Positions 11,171-22,366 of a stretch of DNA of 64,000 nt are shown here, one piece after another (the stretch's first letter is position 1; each line of letters opens with the position of its first letter). The stretch lies in NCBI GenBank assembly GCA_030390025.1, contig CM059432.1, positions 930,001 to 994,000 on the forward strand. The letters are read 5' to 3'. The translations under genes were made by a program, and so were the position numbers. Under the pieces are notes generated by a model that had not been told where the DNA came from, did no database searches, and saw nothing but the letters and a program-made list of their open reading frames with translations. The stretch is from Squalus acanthias. Its lineage: Eukaryota.

Positions 11171-11303
11171 AATAACGTGAGGGTAAGAGTGCATGTGGAG
11201 AATAGAAACCTCAATTTGTTCCGCATCGCCTTGAGATATATTAACCCGGGATTCACTACTGTGTACGGCCGTGTAGCAGTTTATCAAGCTCAACAAAGCA
11301 CAG
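11171..11303 (+). CDS. LAMA3: Alternative exon E2 (LAMA3-type): NNVRVRVHVENRNLNLFRIALRYINPGFTTVYGRVAVYQAQQST
   Basis: cttttacag|AAT...CAG|gtaagg; 133 nt, phase 0->1; resembles recalled human LAMA3 NDVRITLNVGKSSGSLFRVILRYVNPG. Confidence 0.9.
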
Positions 11304-11480
11304 GTAAGGCTGAGCAGTGTAGAGGGTTCAAAAACTCGCCAGCCAGATTGATTGCCATTTTACGGTAAGTAATGAAAGTATTTTTTAAATCCTTTTGGGT
11401 TTTGTCTAATACACCGAGTGCTGCATTTGCATGGGTAACATGGGTCGCCAACTCTGTTTGGACATATTCCTGGAGGTTTC

Positions 11481-11532
11481 GTCACATGACCTTCCGCTTC
11501 CAACCGCCCCGCCCCCGCCCCCGCCATTGGTC
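11481..11532. promoter_or_regulatory. Cluster of promoter-type motifs (E-box, ETS, GC boxes, reverse CCAAT)
   Basis: GTCACATGAC, CTTCCG, CCGCCCCGCCCCCGCCCCCGCC and ATTGG within about 50 bp. Confidence 0.35.
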
Positions 11533-11716
11533 GCCTCACACATCAATCTCGCGGCGCCCCACCTTCCCACAGCCAACTGGGAAGCGGACCGACTCTTCAT
11601 TACTCGATTGAATGATTCTTGACTGTCAGTCAAACAGCCTTTTCTCCCAGCTCCAATATTTTTATAACTAATAAACGAAAGTGTTCAAAGAAATTTCTTT
11701 AAAAAAAAAGCACAAG

Positions 11717-11998
11717 CTCTCTCTCGGTCTCTCTCTCTCTCCCTCTCTCTCTCTCTCTCGGTCTCTCTCTCTCTCCCTCTCTCTCGGTCTCTCTCTCTCC
11801 CTCTCGGTCTCTCTCGGTCTCTCTCTTTCTCCCTCTCTCTCTCTCTCTCGGTCTCTCTCTCTCTCCCTCTCTCTCGGTCTCTCTCTCTCCCTCTCGGTCT
11901 CTCTCGGTCTCTCTCTTTCTCCCTCTCGGTCTCTCTCTCTCTCTCTCTCGGTCTCTCTCTGTCCCTCCCGGTCTCTCTCTGTCCCTCTCTGTGTCTTT
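11717..11998. repeat. (TC)n-derived compound microsatellite
   Basis: ctctctcggt / ctctctcc repeats. Confidence 0.95.
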
Positions 11999-12629
11999 GG
12001 GCTGAATTTTCCGGGGCGGTAGTGGGCGAGATCAGTGGCGGGTCGGGTGGGAAAGTTGTTATTTTTGACAGTGGGTCGGGAACCCGCTGTCATCTCGCTC
12101 CCACGTGCCTTTCCCACAGGCGCGTCTGTCATCGCGGAGTCGACCTGACCGGCAGTGGCGGGGGACCCAATTGAGATCATTATCAGGGAGTTTACAGACA
12201 CTTAAGAGCCTTTTTTCACTTACTGTTTAAATTTCCCTGCATGGCCATGGGATTCACGCAGCTCGGGAACCCCGTCTGTCAACCTGAGTCGTGAGTTCCG
12301 TGGCCATTGCTCCAGCTGATTACTTGACAGCATGAAAAACAAAGCAAAATAAAAACATGTTGATTACATCAGCCAACAGATTGATGGAGATTCTGTTCTA
12401 CTTGAAAAGCTACTGGTAAATGTTCATTCAGAAATTCCTGATGGGATGTAAGTCCTACCCTGGATGGTGAGGGAAATAGATTTTTCACTGGCCATTCTCG
12501 GCTGTTGCCTTCCAACTCAACAGTAATTGCAGTGAATTGATCTGCACTATAAAAAATGACATATAACCTTTAAATAAATTTTTGTTGTTTCTGGTCAGGT
12601 TTTTCTCACAGTATACTGTGATTGTCCAG

Positions 12630-14973
12630 TTACACATTAAATCAAGGCTATAGAGATAGTGGATGCATTGGTTGTCATCTTCCAAAATTCCATAGATTCC
12701 AGAACGGTTCCCACTGTAGGATTCTGCTTCTTCAACTGAGAAGCTTAAGGGTTGACCCGTAGGAAAGACACAACAACAGGTAGTCTTAGTTCAACTATTT
12801 TACTTGATTAGTCAACAGTAAGCAAACAATACATACACTTCCTTGGTACAAGTCCAAACGATTGATTGGTTCGGTTGAGCTCTTGTAGGTCTTTGTGTGG
12901 GGAATCAACTCACCCGGCTGCAGTATAGCTGCTTAGTCTCACAGTCCTTTATATCCCCTGGGTCAGCTGATATCTATCTGTCCTTTACGTGATGTTTTTC
13001 CTGTTTGTCCACTCTTGGTGCGTCATGCCGTACCGGCCGTCTCGGCAATTACGGTTTTGACCAATGCTCAACATGATGTTCCGCTCTTGTTGCAAGGTTT
13101 CAAATACAATCATATCTTCTTTCAACACATACCCACAGGATTCAGTGTTAGCAAACTCAATCAATAGCAGTGATTATATATAAGAGACATCATCAAGGAC
13201 ACTTTGGAGTTCCATAGCTTTCTTATCGAAGAGTCTATGAATTGAATAGGCCTGTGTGGTTCCTCGGCACTTATCACAAAGAGGAGCATAAGATCTAATC
13301 AACAGCTAAAGCCTCCAAGGACAAGCTTTTCTCTTTGTTGGCTGCAATAGTTTCTACTGCCTATGCACAAGGCTTACTGGGTAGTTTTCTGGTCAAGTAA
13401 ACCATACATTTAAATGGAGTCCACATCCTTATTACAAGTACATGATTGTGTACGGTTTCTTCACTCCCTGCACCTCCAGAAAATGGTACAAGTTATACAT
13501 ACACTCCTTCACCACGGATTGGAAGGTAGCAAATGTAACCCCACTATTTAAGAAAGGAGGGAGAGAGAGAATGGGGAACTACAAACCAGTTAGCCTGACA
13601 TCAGTAGTAGGGAAAATGCTAGAATCTATTATTAAGGACGTGGTAACAGGGCACTTAGAAAATAATAATAGGATTGGGCAGAGTCAACACGGATTTATAA
13701 AAGGGAAATTGTGTTTGATGAATCTGTTAGAGTTTTTTGAGGTTGTAACTAGCAGAATAGGTAAGGGGGATCCAATGGATGTGGTGTATTTGGATTTTCA
13801 GAAGGCATTCGATAAGGTGCCACACAAGAGGTTATTAAACAAAATTAGGGCTCATGGAATTGGGGTTAATATACTCGCATGGATTGAGGATTGGTTAACG
13901 GACAGAAAACAGAGAGTAGGAATAAACGGGTCATTTTCGGGTTGGCAGGCTGTAACTAGTGGGGTACCGCAAGGATCAGTGCTTGGGCCTCAGCTATTCA
14001 CAATCTACATCAATGATTTGGATGAGGGGACCAAATGTAATATATCCAAGTTTGCTGATGATACAAAGCTGGGTGGGAATGTAAGTTGTGAGGAGGATGC
14101 AAGGAGGCTTCAAGGGGATATAGACAGGCTAAGTGAGTGGGCAAGAACATGGCAAATGGAATATAATGTGGAGAAATGTGAAGTTATCCACTTTGGTAGG
14201 AAAAATAGAAAAGCAGAGTATTTTTTAAATGGTGAGAGATTGGGAAATGTTGGTGTTCAGAGGGACCTGGGTGTCCTTGTACACGAATCACTGAAAGTTA
14301 ACATGCAGGTACAGCAAGCAATTAGGAAAGCAAATTGTATGTTGGCCTTTATTACAAGAGGATTTGAGTATGAGAGTAAAGACATCTTACTGCAATTATA
14401 TAGGGCCCTGGTGAGACCACACCTGGAGTATTGTGTACAGTTTTGGTCTCCTTACCTAAGGAAGGATATACTCGCCATAGAGGGAGTGCAGCGAAGGTTC
14501 ACCAGACTGGTTCCTGGGATGGGGGGATTGTACTATGAGGAGAGATTGAGTAGACTAGGCCTATATTCTCTAGAGTTTAGAAGAATGAGAGGTGATCTCA
14601 TTGAAACATACAAAATTCTTACAGGGCTTGACAGGGTAGATGCAAGGAGGATGTTTCCCTTGGCTGGGGAGTCTAGAACCAGGGGTCACAGTCTCAGAAT
14701 AAGGGGTCGGCCATTTAGGACTGAGATGAGGAGAAATTTCTTCACTCAGAGGGTGGTGAATCTTTGGAATTCTCTACCCCAGAGGGCTGTGGAGGCTCAA
14801 TCGTTGAGTATATTCAAGACAGAAATCGATAGATTTTTGGATATTAAGGGAATAATATGGGGATAGTGCAAGAAAGTGGAGATGAGGTAGAAGATCAGCC
14901 ATGATCTTATTGAATGGCAGAGCAGGCTCGAGGGGCCAAATGGCCTACTCCTGCTCCTATTTCTTATGTTCTT
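12630..14973 (+). mobile_element. CR1 LINE 3' half with an uninterrupted RT frame (13512-14866), split by a solo LTR
   Basis: YLDFQKAFDKVPH, GVPQGSVLGP and KFADDTK motifs; tail ttcttatgttctta. Confidence 0.95.
12715..13511 (-). mobile_element. Solo LTR (797 bp)
   Basis: termini TGTAGGA...TCCTTCA; 4-bp TSD ccac; the CR1 rejoins when it is removed; TATA-like GATATAAAGG on the minus strand near 12950. Confidence 0.8.
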
Positions 14974-15731
14974 ATCAACCATAACAATTTCATTCTCATC
15001 ACTCATTCCACTGGTTCAATTTGCTTTCAGTCCCTGAATATAACTTATTTAATTTTTCAGTCTGAGACCTTGGGGGTGAATTTCTGCAGAGGTTCTCTCA
15101 CTTGTCCATTGTTAACTTCAACAGAAGAGCTGCAGAAATCCCAGAATCACATAAGACACTGTTTGTCAAGTTTCCGCAGCTCTTCCGCTGAACTTGCATA
15201 AGATTGTAAATCCACCCCTTTACAATCACATTTAAAATCTGCTTAATTTTATGTATTACCTATACACTCACATCTTTTATTTGTACCAGTTACTGACACG
15301 AAAGTCTATAGATTTGTGACTAAAGCAACAATAAATTCCCAATGAATGTACTTTTTTAGTTATGTTCTTGATCATATTTGTAGATGGCGTCATATTACTT
15401 AATGATAATATTACTTAAATATTTCTTTGTCACTCATATATAACTTTTATTATATTATTGTAGAATAAAGATTCAACACCCACTTTGTTAGATTAAACTT
15501 AAAATTTTATGTGGCCAGGGTCCCTGTAAAGATCCCGGCTGAAAACGCGTCATGAAAACACGTCACCAGACCCCCTCCATCTCATTGTGCCGGGTAACGC
15601 ACTGGGCGGGACTTAATAGGCCCCATTAAGGTAAGTTTATTTTCAACAGTGGGATGGAGCCAGCAGCGGGGTCGCGACCCCCCACGGACACCGGCCGCAC
15701 CGGACCCGCCCAGGCAAAGGAAATTCTGGCC

Positions 15732-16740
15732 TTTGTGTCTCTCTCTCTCTGTCTCTTTCTCTCTTTCTTTCTCTCTGTCTCTGTCTGCCTGTCTCTCTCT
15801 CTCTTTCTCTCTCTCTCTCTTTCTCGCTGTCTCTTTCTCGCTGTCTCTTTCTCGCTGTCTCTTTCTCGCTGTCTCTGTCTCTGTCTCTGTCTGTCTCTCT
15901 CTCTCTGTCGCTCTCTGTCTCTCTGTGTGTCTCTCTCTCTGTGTCTCTGTCTCGCTGTCTCTCTCGCCGTCTCCCTCTCGCTGTCTCCCTCTCGCTGTCT
16001 CCCTCTCGCTGTCTCCCCCTCGCTGTCTCCCTCTCGCTGTCTCCCCCTCGCTGTCTCCCCCTCGCTGTCTCCCCCTCGCTGTCTCCCCCTCGCTGTCTCC
16101 CCCTCGCTGTCTCCCCCTGTGCTGTCTCCCCCTGTGCTGTCTCCCCCTGTGCTGTCTCCCCCTGTGCTGTCTCCCCCTGTGCTGTCTCCCCCTGTGCTGT
16201 CTCCCCCTGTGCTGTCTCCCCCTGTGCTGTCTCCCCCTGTGCTGTCTCCCCCTGTGCTGTCTCCCCCTGTGCTGTCTCCCCCTGTGCTGTCTCCCCCTGT
16301 GCTGTCTCCCCCTGTGCTGTCTCCCCCTGTGCTGTCTCCCCCTGTGCTGTCTCCCCCTGTGCTGTCTTCCCCCTCTCTGTCTCTCTCTCTCTGTGTCTGT
16401 CTGTCTCTCTCTCTCTGTCTCGCTCTCTGTCTCGCTCTCTGTCTCGCTCTCTCTCTCTCTCAGTCTCTCTGTCTCTCTCTGTGTCTCGCTTTCTGTCTCG
16501 CTCTCTCTCTCTGTCTCTCTCTCTCTGTCTCGCTCTCTCTGTCTCGCTCTCTCTGTCTCGCTCTCTCTGTCTCGCTCTCTCTCTCTGTCTCTCTCTCTCT
16601 GTCTCGCTCTCTCTGTCTCGCTCTCTCTGTCTCGCTCTCTCTGTCTCGCTCTCTCTGGCTCTCGCTCTCTCTGTCTCGCTCTCTCTGGCTCTCGCTCTCT
16701 CTCTGTCTCTGTCTCGCTCTCTCTCTCTCTGTCTCATCTC
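15732..16740. repeat. Compound TC-rich micro/minisatellite with a 15-bp (CTGTCTCCCCCTGTG)n core
   Basis: direct inspection; core about 16107-16366. Confidence 0.95.
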
Positions 16741-17204
16741 ACAGTCTAAACAAAGTGGCAGTGTCCCAGAGATTCGTCTTTAATTCCTGGCGACTCCAGG
16801 ACAATCCTGGAGGGTTGGCAACGCCAGTAATATAACCTGTGGTGACTTGAGCCCCTGCCTTGGAGTGGCTGCAGTTGTACTTGAGCAGTAACTGTACACG
16901 CAGCGTCCAACCTCAGCTAACAACCTTATTGACTTGGAATTTCCTTGATAGCACTATTACATCGAAATTTACATTGATCTTTGCTGACAGGAATTTCCGC
17001 CTAAATTTCCTGCAGAGCTCGCTTGCCTTTGCTGCAACATCAAAGCCAGTGTAAAACAAGTGTAAATTCTGCAGTATTATTTTGCATTCTGATTCCTATT
17101 TTCTAATTGGCTGGGACAGAGGTTTAAATTAATGGTTGGTTTTTGTCATGTCCCAATAAAGTTGATCAAAACCTGTACGCTAACATTTTTTTTACTTTTT
17201 AAAA

Positions 17205-17508
17205 ATGTATTCATTCATGGGATGTGGGCGTCGCTGGCAAAGTCAGCATTTATTGCCCATCCCTAATTGCCCTCGAGAAGGTGGTGGTGAGCCGCCTTCT
17301 TGAACCGCTGCAGTCCGTGTGGTGAAGGTACTCCCACAGTGCTATTAGGGAGCGAGTTCCAGGATTTTGACCCAGCGACGATGAAGGAACGGCCGATATA
17401 TTTCCAAGTCAGGATAGTGTGTGACTTGGAGGGGAACTTGCAGGTGATGGTGTTCCCATGCGCCTGCTGCCCTTGTCCTTCGAGGTGGTAGAGGTCGCGG
17501 GTTTGGGA
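17205..17508 (-). mobile_element. Second LINE family 3' end
   Basis: gatgtgggcgtcgctggc...ttattgcccatccctaattgccc. Confidence 0.75.
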
Positions 17509-17842
17509 ATATTGTATGATATTGGAAATGTTGTATATTTCTTTAAATAATCAAACTTGCTAATAGATTAAACTTTGTTCTTCATTATGTTAGTCTCTGA
17601 TAAGTGTAACTAATTCAGGAAGCCCCAGTATAAATTTTTCGAACACCAGATTTGAGTAGTAGCTGGATTACGTGGTTTCATACAACTACCGTTGCAATTC
17701 TGTAGCTGAATTGGGCCATTATATATTTATTTATTTTGATATATACCTACCCAATGCATCAATCACTATTTCAGCAAATCACATAATCACAGAGAAGTAT
17801 GGGATTCTAAGAACTCTGCAGTTGTGCTTCAGTTATTTACAA

Positions 17843-18620
17843 AATGAAGTGATGCATTTTGGAAAGAAAAATGAAGCGAGGCAATATAAATTAAATGGTG
17901 ACATTTACAAGCAGGAACAGAGAGACCTGCGGGTTCACATACACAAATCTTTGAAGGTGGCAGGACAAGTTGACAAGGCTGTTAATAAAACATACGGGAT
18001 CCTTGGCTTTATTAATCGAGGCATAGAGTACAAAAGCACGAAGTTAGGCTAAAGCTTTATAAATCACTGGTGAGGCCCCAGCTGGAGTATTGTGTCCAAT
18101 TCTGGGCACCACACTTTAGGAAGAATGTCAAGGCCCTGGAGAGGGGGCAGAGGAGATTTACTAGAATGGTACCAGGGATGAGGGACTTCAGTCATGTAGA
18201 GAGACTGGAGAAGCTGGGATTGTTCTCCTCAGAACAAAGAAGGTTAAGGGGAGATTTAATAGAGGTGTTCAAAATTATGAGGGGCTTTGATAGAGTAGAT
18301 AGAGAGAAACTGTTTCCACTGGCAGGAGGGTCGGTAACCAGAGGACACAGATTTAAGATAATTGGCAAAAGAACTAGAGGCGGCATGAGGAGAAAGATTT
18401 TTACACAGCGAGTTGTTATGATCTCCAATGCGCTGACTGAAAGGGCAGTGGAAGCAGATTCAGTAGTTACTTACAAAAGGGAATTGGATAAATACTTGAA
18501 AAGGAAACATTTTCAGGGCTATGGGGAAAGAGTGGGAGAGTGGGACTAATGGGAGAGCTCTTTCAAAGAGACAGCATAGGCACGATGGGTTGAATGGCCT
18601 CCTTCTGTGCTGTATGATAC
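17843..18620 (+). mobile_element. CR1 3' fragment
   Basis: ORFs 17672-18052 (3' part) and 18070-18549. Confidence 0.9.
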
Positions 18621-18767
18621 TATTCCTACATTCCTATAAAATTAATATGTAAATATGTTTCACTGCTCAAGTACTTCAGCTCTAATTCTGCATCCGTGTC
18701 AGTTTCTACTGCACCTGTCTGTAGTCCAGAATGTACGAGTGATCCAGTCTTTTCACCTTGCTCCTAG

Positions 18768-18910
18768 TGTCGCCCCAGGCAAAAGAGATTATCTTTGCTC
18801 GTAGTAATGAGCCATCTTTTGTTACGGTCTCGAGGAGTAACTATGGTGACCCTTTCCCCCTCACACCCGGGACTTGGACTGTCAACATTGAGGCAGAAGG
18901 CGTGCTCTTG
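18768..18910 (+). CDS. LAMA3: LAMA3 exon F: SPQAKEIIFARSNEPSFVTVSRSNYGDPFPLTPGTWTVNIEAEGVLL
   Basis: ctcctag|TG...TTG|gtgaga; 143 nt, phase 1->0. Confidence 0.93.
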
Positions 18911-19076
18911 GTGAGAAAAAGGCTACGATATATTATATTATAGCAGAATAAAACTCTTGTCTGTAACTTTTAAAATCAATTGATATTTGGTCGGGATGAA
19001 AGTTAACTTTCTAGTCAGGTTCAGTCTTCCAGTTGATTGTCTAATCCATCAATGTATTTTTCAATCTGCACACTAG

Positions 19077-19183
19077 GATTATCTGATCCTGCTGCCCAGT
19101 GATTATTATGAAGCTCCGATTCTGCAGTTACAAGTGACCAATCCCTGCACTTATGCAGCCAATCCAGAACGATCGGGGAAAAA
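19077..19183 (+). CDS. LAMA3: LAMA3 exon G: DYLILLPSDYYEAPILQLQVTNPCTYAANPERSGK
   Basis: cactag|GAT...AA|gtaagt; 107 nt, phase 0->2. Confidence 0.93.
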
Positions 19184-19374
19184 GTAAGTAAAACGCAGCT
19201 AGAAAAGTTCTATAGATTTCAGAGGCGAAGTTGTAGAGAACAGCACACAGTTGGGAGTGAAATCCTAACTTTTTTTGTTTTGTGAATCTTTATGGTTCGG
19301 GAGCACTGAAGTCACAAGTGACCAATCGGATTCTTTCTCCACCCCCGCCCGAGTAAAGTAAAAGTCAGAATAAC

Positions 19375-19772
19375 CCTCTGCTCGCTGACCCAAATTCACA
19401 CCCTTCCATGGCCTCGTCCCTCCCTATCTCTCTAACCTCCTCCAGCCCTACAACCGTCTGAGATCTCTGCGCTCCTCCAATTCCAGCCTCTTGCGCATCC
19501 CCAATTTCCATCGCCCCTCCATTGGCGGCCGTGCCCTCAGCTGCCTGGGCCCTAAGCTCTGGAATTCCCTCCCTAAACCTCTCTACCTCTCTCTCCTCCT
19601 TTAAGACGCTCCTTAAAACCTACCTCTTTGACCAAGCTTTTGGTCACCTGCCCTAATATCTCCTTATGTGGCTCAGTGTCAAATTTTGTTTGATAATCGC
19701 TCCTGTGAAGCACCTTGGGACGTTTTACTACATTAAAGGCGCTATATTAATACAAGTTGTTGTTGTTGTTGT
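19375..19772 (+). mobile_element. L2 3' fragment
   Basis: same sequence family as 6220-6765; (gtt)n tail. Confidence 0.82.
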
Positions 19773-20164
19773 TCCTTAACTATATTATTGTGTGTTGATT
19801 AAATATTTGTTTTTTGCATTTTCATTATTTTTGATTTAAAACAAGAAGCAAATGATTTCTAAATGTTTATGAATTTGATCTTGAATTAAGGATTCCAAGA
19901 GTTTGCCCACAACTAACAGTGGACTATATAGTCTGTAGTTAGCCAGTCTAGCCTTCTCTCTCTTCTTCAACAAGATTGTTACATCAGTTACATCCAGTCC
20001 TACAGCGTAATTTTCATATCTAAGGAGGATTGAAAAGTTATGGCCAGGGCCTCGCCTATCTCCGCTCTGTCTTCGTTCAACAGCCTAGGCTTCATAACAT
20101 CAGCAACTTTTCCGCCTTAAGTTCTGCTGATATTTTCGGATTCCTGTTCTAAATTTAGCTTCAG

Positions 20165-21122
20165 AATTATGAAGGGTTTTGAGGAGAGTAAATAAGGAGA
20201 AACTGTTTCCACTGGCAGGAGGGTCGGCAACCAGAGGACACAGATTTAAGATAATTGGCAAAAGAACCAGAGGTGGAATGAGGAGAAAGATTTTTACACA
20301 GCGAGTTGTTATGACCTCCAATGCACTGACTGAAAGGGCGGGGGAAGCAGATTCAATAATAACTTTCAAAAGGGAATTGGATAAATACTTCAAGGGGAAG
20401 AATTTGCAAGGCGATGGGGAAAGGGCAGGGGAGAGTGGGACTAATTGGAGAGCTCTTTCAAAGAGCCAGTGCAGGCACAATGAGCACAATGGCCTCCTTC
20501 TGTGCTGTATGATTCTATGCTTCTATGATATCTAACAATTGTTCCACATTCTCTTGTAGCACATGTATATGCTCATTTCCACCATTATAGAATTCACAGC
20601 ACAGAAACAGGCCATGCGGCCCAACTGGTCTATGCCAGTGTTTATGCTCCACTACCCCCTCTTTCATTATGACTTTGGCAGCATCTTCTTCCTTGGTGAA
20701 GACAGATGCAAAGTACTCATTTAATACCTCAGCCATGCCCTCTGCCTCCATGCGTAGGTCTCCTTTTTGGTCCCTAATCGGCCCTGCCCCTCCTCTTACT
20801 ACCCGTTTACTATTTATATGCCTACAGAAGTCATATTTATGGCCCCTAGTTTTGGATTCCCCCAGAAGTGGAAACATCTTCCGCCTTTCATAATTTTAAA
20901 GACCTCTATCAGGTCACCCCTCAGGCTTCTCTTTTCCAGAGAAAAGAGCCCCAGCCCGTTCAATTTTTCTTGATTGTTATAATCTCTCACTTCTGGTATC
21001 ATCCTTGTAGATCTTGTTTGCACCGTCTCCAGTGCCTCTATATATAATATGGAGACCAGAACTGTATACAGATCTCTAAGTGTGGTCTAACCATGGTTCT
21101 ATACAAGTTTAACATAACTTCT
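20165..21122. mobile_element. Mosaic of CR1 fragments (+ 20165-20530; - 20585-21122)
   Basis: CR1 C-terminal peptides on both strands. Confidence 0.82.
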
Positions 21123-21160
21123 GCCATTCAGTTAATTTAACTCTAAATTTCCCTCAACAG

Positions 21161-21308
21161 CTGCTTGTTATACAAGTACCTGCCTTTGGACAACTTCCCA
21201 TCTGCTGGAGCCGATGACGGCGTGTACACTATTGATGGCAAACAGCCACCTTCAATTCAAATACTGACATCTTACAACACAAAGATGGCCGATCTCACTG
21301 GCAGACAG
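21161..21308 (+). CDS. LAMA3: LAMA3 exon H: CLLYKYLPLDNFPSAGADDGVYTIDGKQPPSIQILTSYNTKMADLTGRQ
   Basis: caacag|C...CAG|gtacaa; 148 nt, phase 2->0. Confidence 0.92.
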
Positions 21309-21917
21309 GTACAAATAAATATCGATCAAACTTTATATTCATTCCACGGGGCTGTTATTGTTTTCAACCAGGGACTTAGAAATTAGTAAATGTATTTTGC
21401 TAATTCCATAATAATACCACACCAACCCACTGAATACTGTTTATATATTAAAATAAATAATACAAGAGCCTGGGAATTCCACACGGCGAGTTTTGCCCAC
21501 AGGTGCTCTATTCTTAGAGGTGAGTCCAGAGGAATTTCATGGATCATTTCATGGGAGATCGATTGGAGGCATCTCCAGCGGGAATCCCGTGTTAAAGGGG
21601 AGTAATGTGGTGGCGGGTGCCAAGTCCGGCTGCAAGTTATAGCAGCAGCGGGCTGTGGGAATAGCAGGTAATCTGGCTCGGGGAATTCACTGTCCAGTAA
21701 CTGCATTGGATGGCTCATGTATCTGTTCGACCCACTTTTCAAAAATGTCTCCCACTTGAGCAGCTGGCACAGACAGCCGAAAGAGGGACGAGTGCAAGCA
21801 CAGGGGGAACAAGAGAGTGTGGGTGAGGATGCAGCGTTACACGATTCACGAGCACCAGGGAGCCAGTGCAGTGGGGAGTGGGTGAGGACGCAATACCTTT
21901 CCGGGGGATGCCAAGAG

Positions 21918-22240
21918 AAAGAAAGAACTTGCATTTATACAGCGCCTTTCACAACCGCAGGACGTCCCAAAGCGCTTCACAGCCAATGAAGTACTTTTTG
22001 AAGTGTAGTCACTGTTGTAATGTAGGAAACGCAGCAGCCAATTTGCGCACAGCAAGCTCCCACAAACAGCAATGTGATAATGACTGGATCATCTGTTTTA
22101 GTGATGTTGGTTGAGGGATAAATATTGGCCCCAGGACACCGGGGAGAACTCCTCTGCTCTTCTTCAAAATAGTGCCATGGGATCTTTTACATCCACCTGA
22201 GAGGGCAGGTGGGGCCTCTGTTTAATGTCTCATCCGAAAG
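21918..22240 (-). mobile_element. Deu-type SINE, 5' truncated
   Basis: reverse complement of the 44747 family. Confidence 0.8.
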
Positions 22241-22366
22241 AAGAACGCTGCCCTTAGCTTCTGAGTTGTGGGGCCCAGAGTTCATGGGTATGCACCTGAA
22301 AAGTAAGATTTGCAAGGAACATCACATCTGTGTGCAGTCACTAAGCTGACAGTGTGGCAACTATCA

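Noticed and set aside
13442..14866. 474-aa RT ORF as a functional gene or LTR-LINE fusion
   Set aside because: The first ~23 codons are chance read-through from the antisense LTR. The rest is a 5'-truncated CR1 ORF2 with no endonuclease.
15643..16835. 280-393 aa low-complexity ORFs on both strands
   Set aside because: Artefacts of the TC-rich micro/minisatellite; the same applies to 11668-12201.
18775..18782. Alternative acceptor ccccag|GC restoring a Cys after E1
   Set aside because: It would put exon F out of frame.
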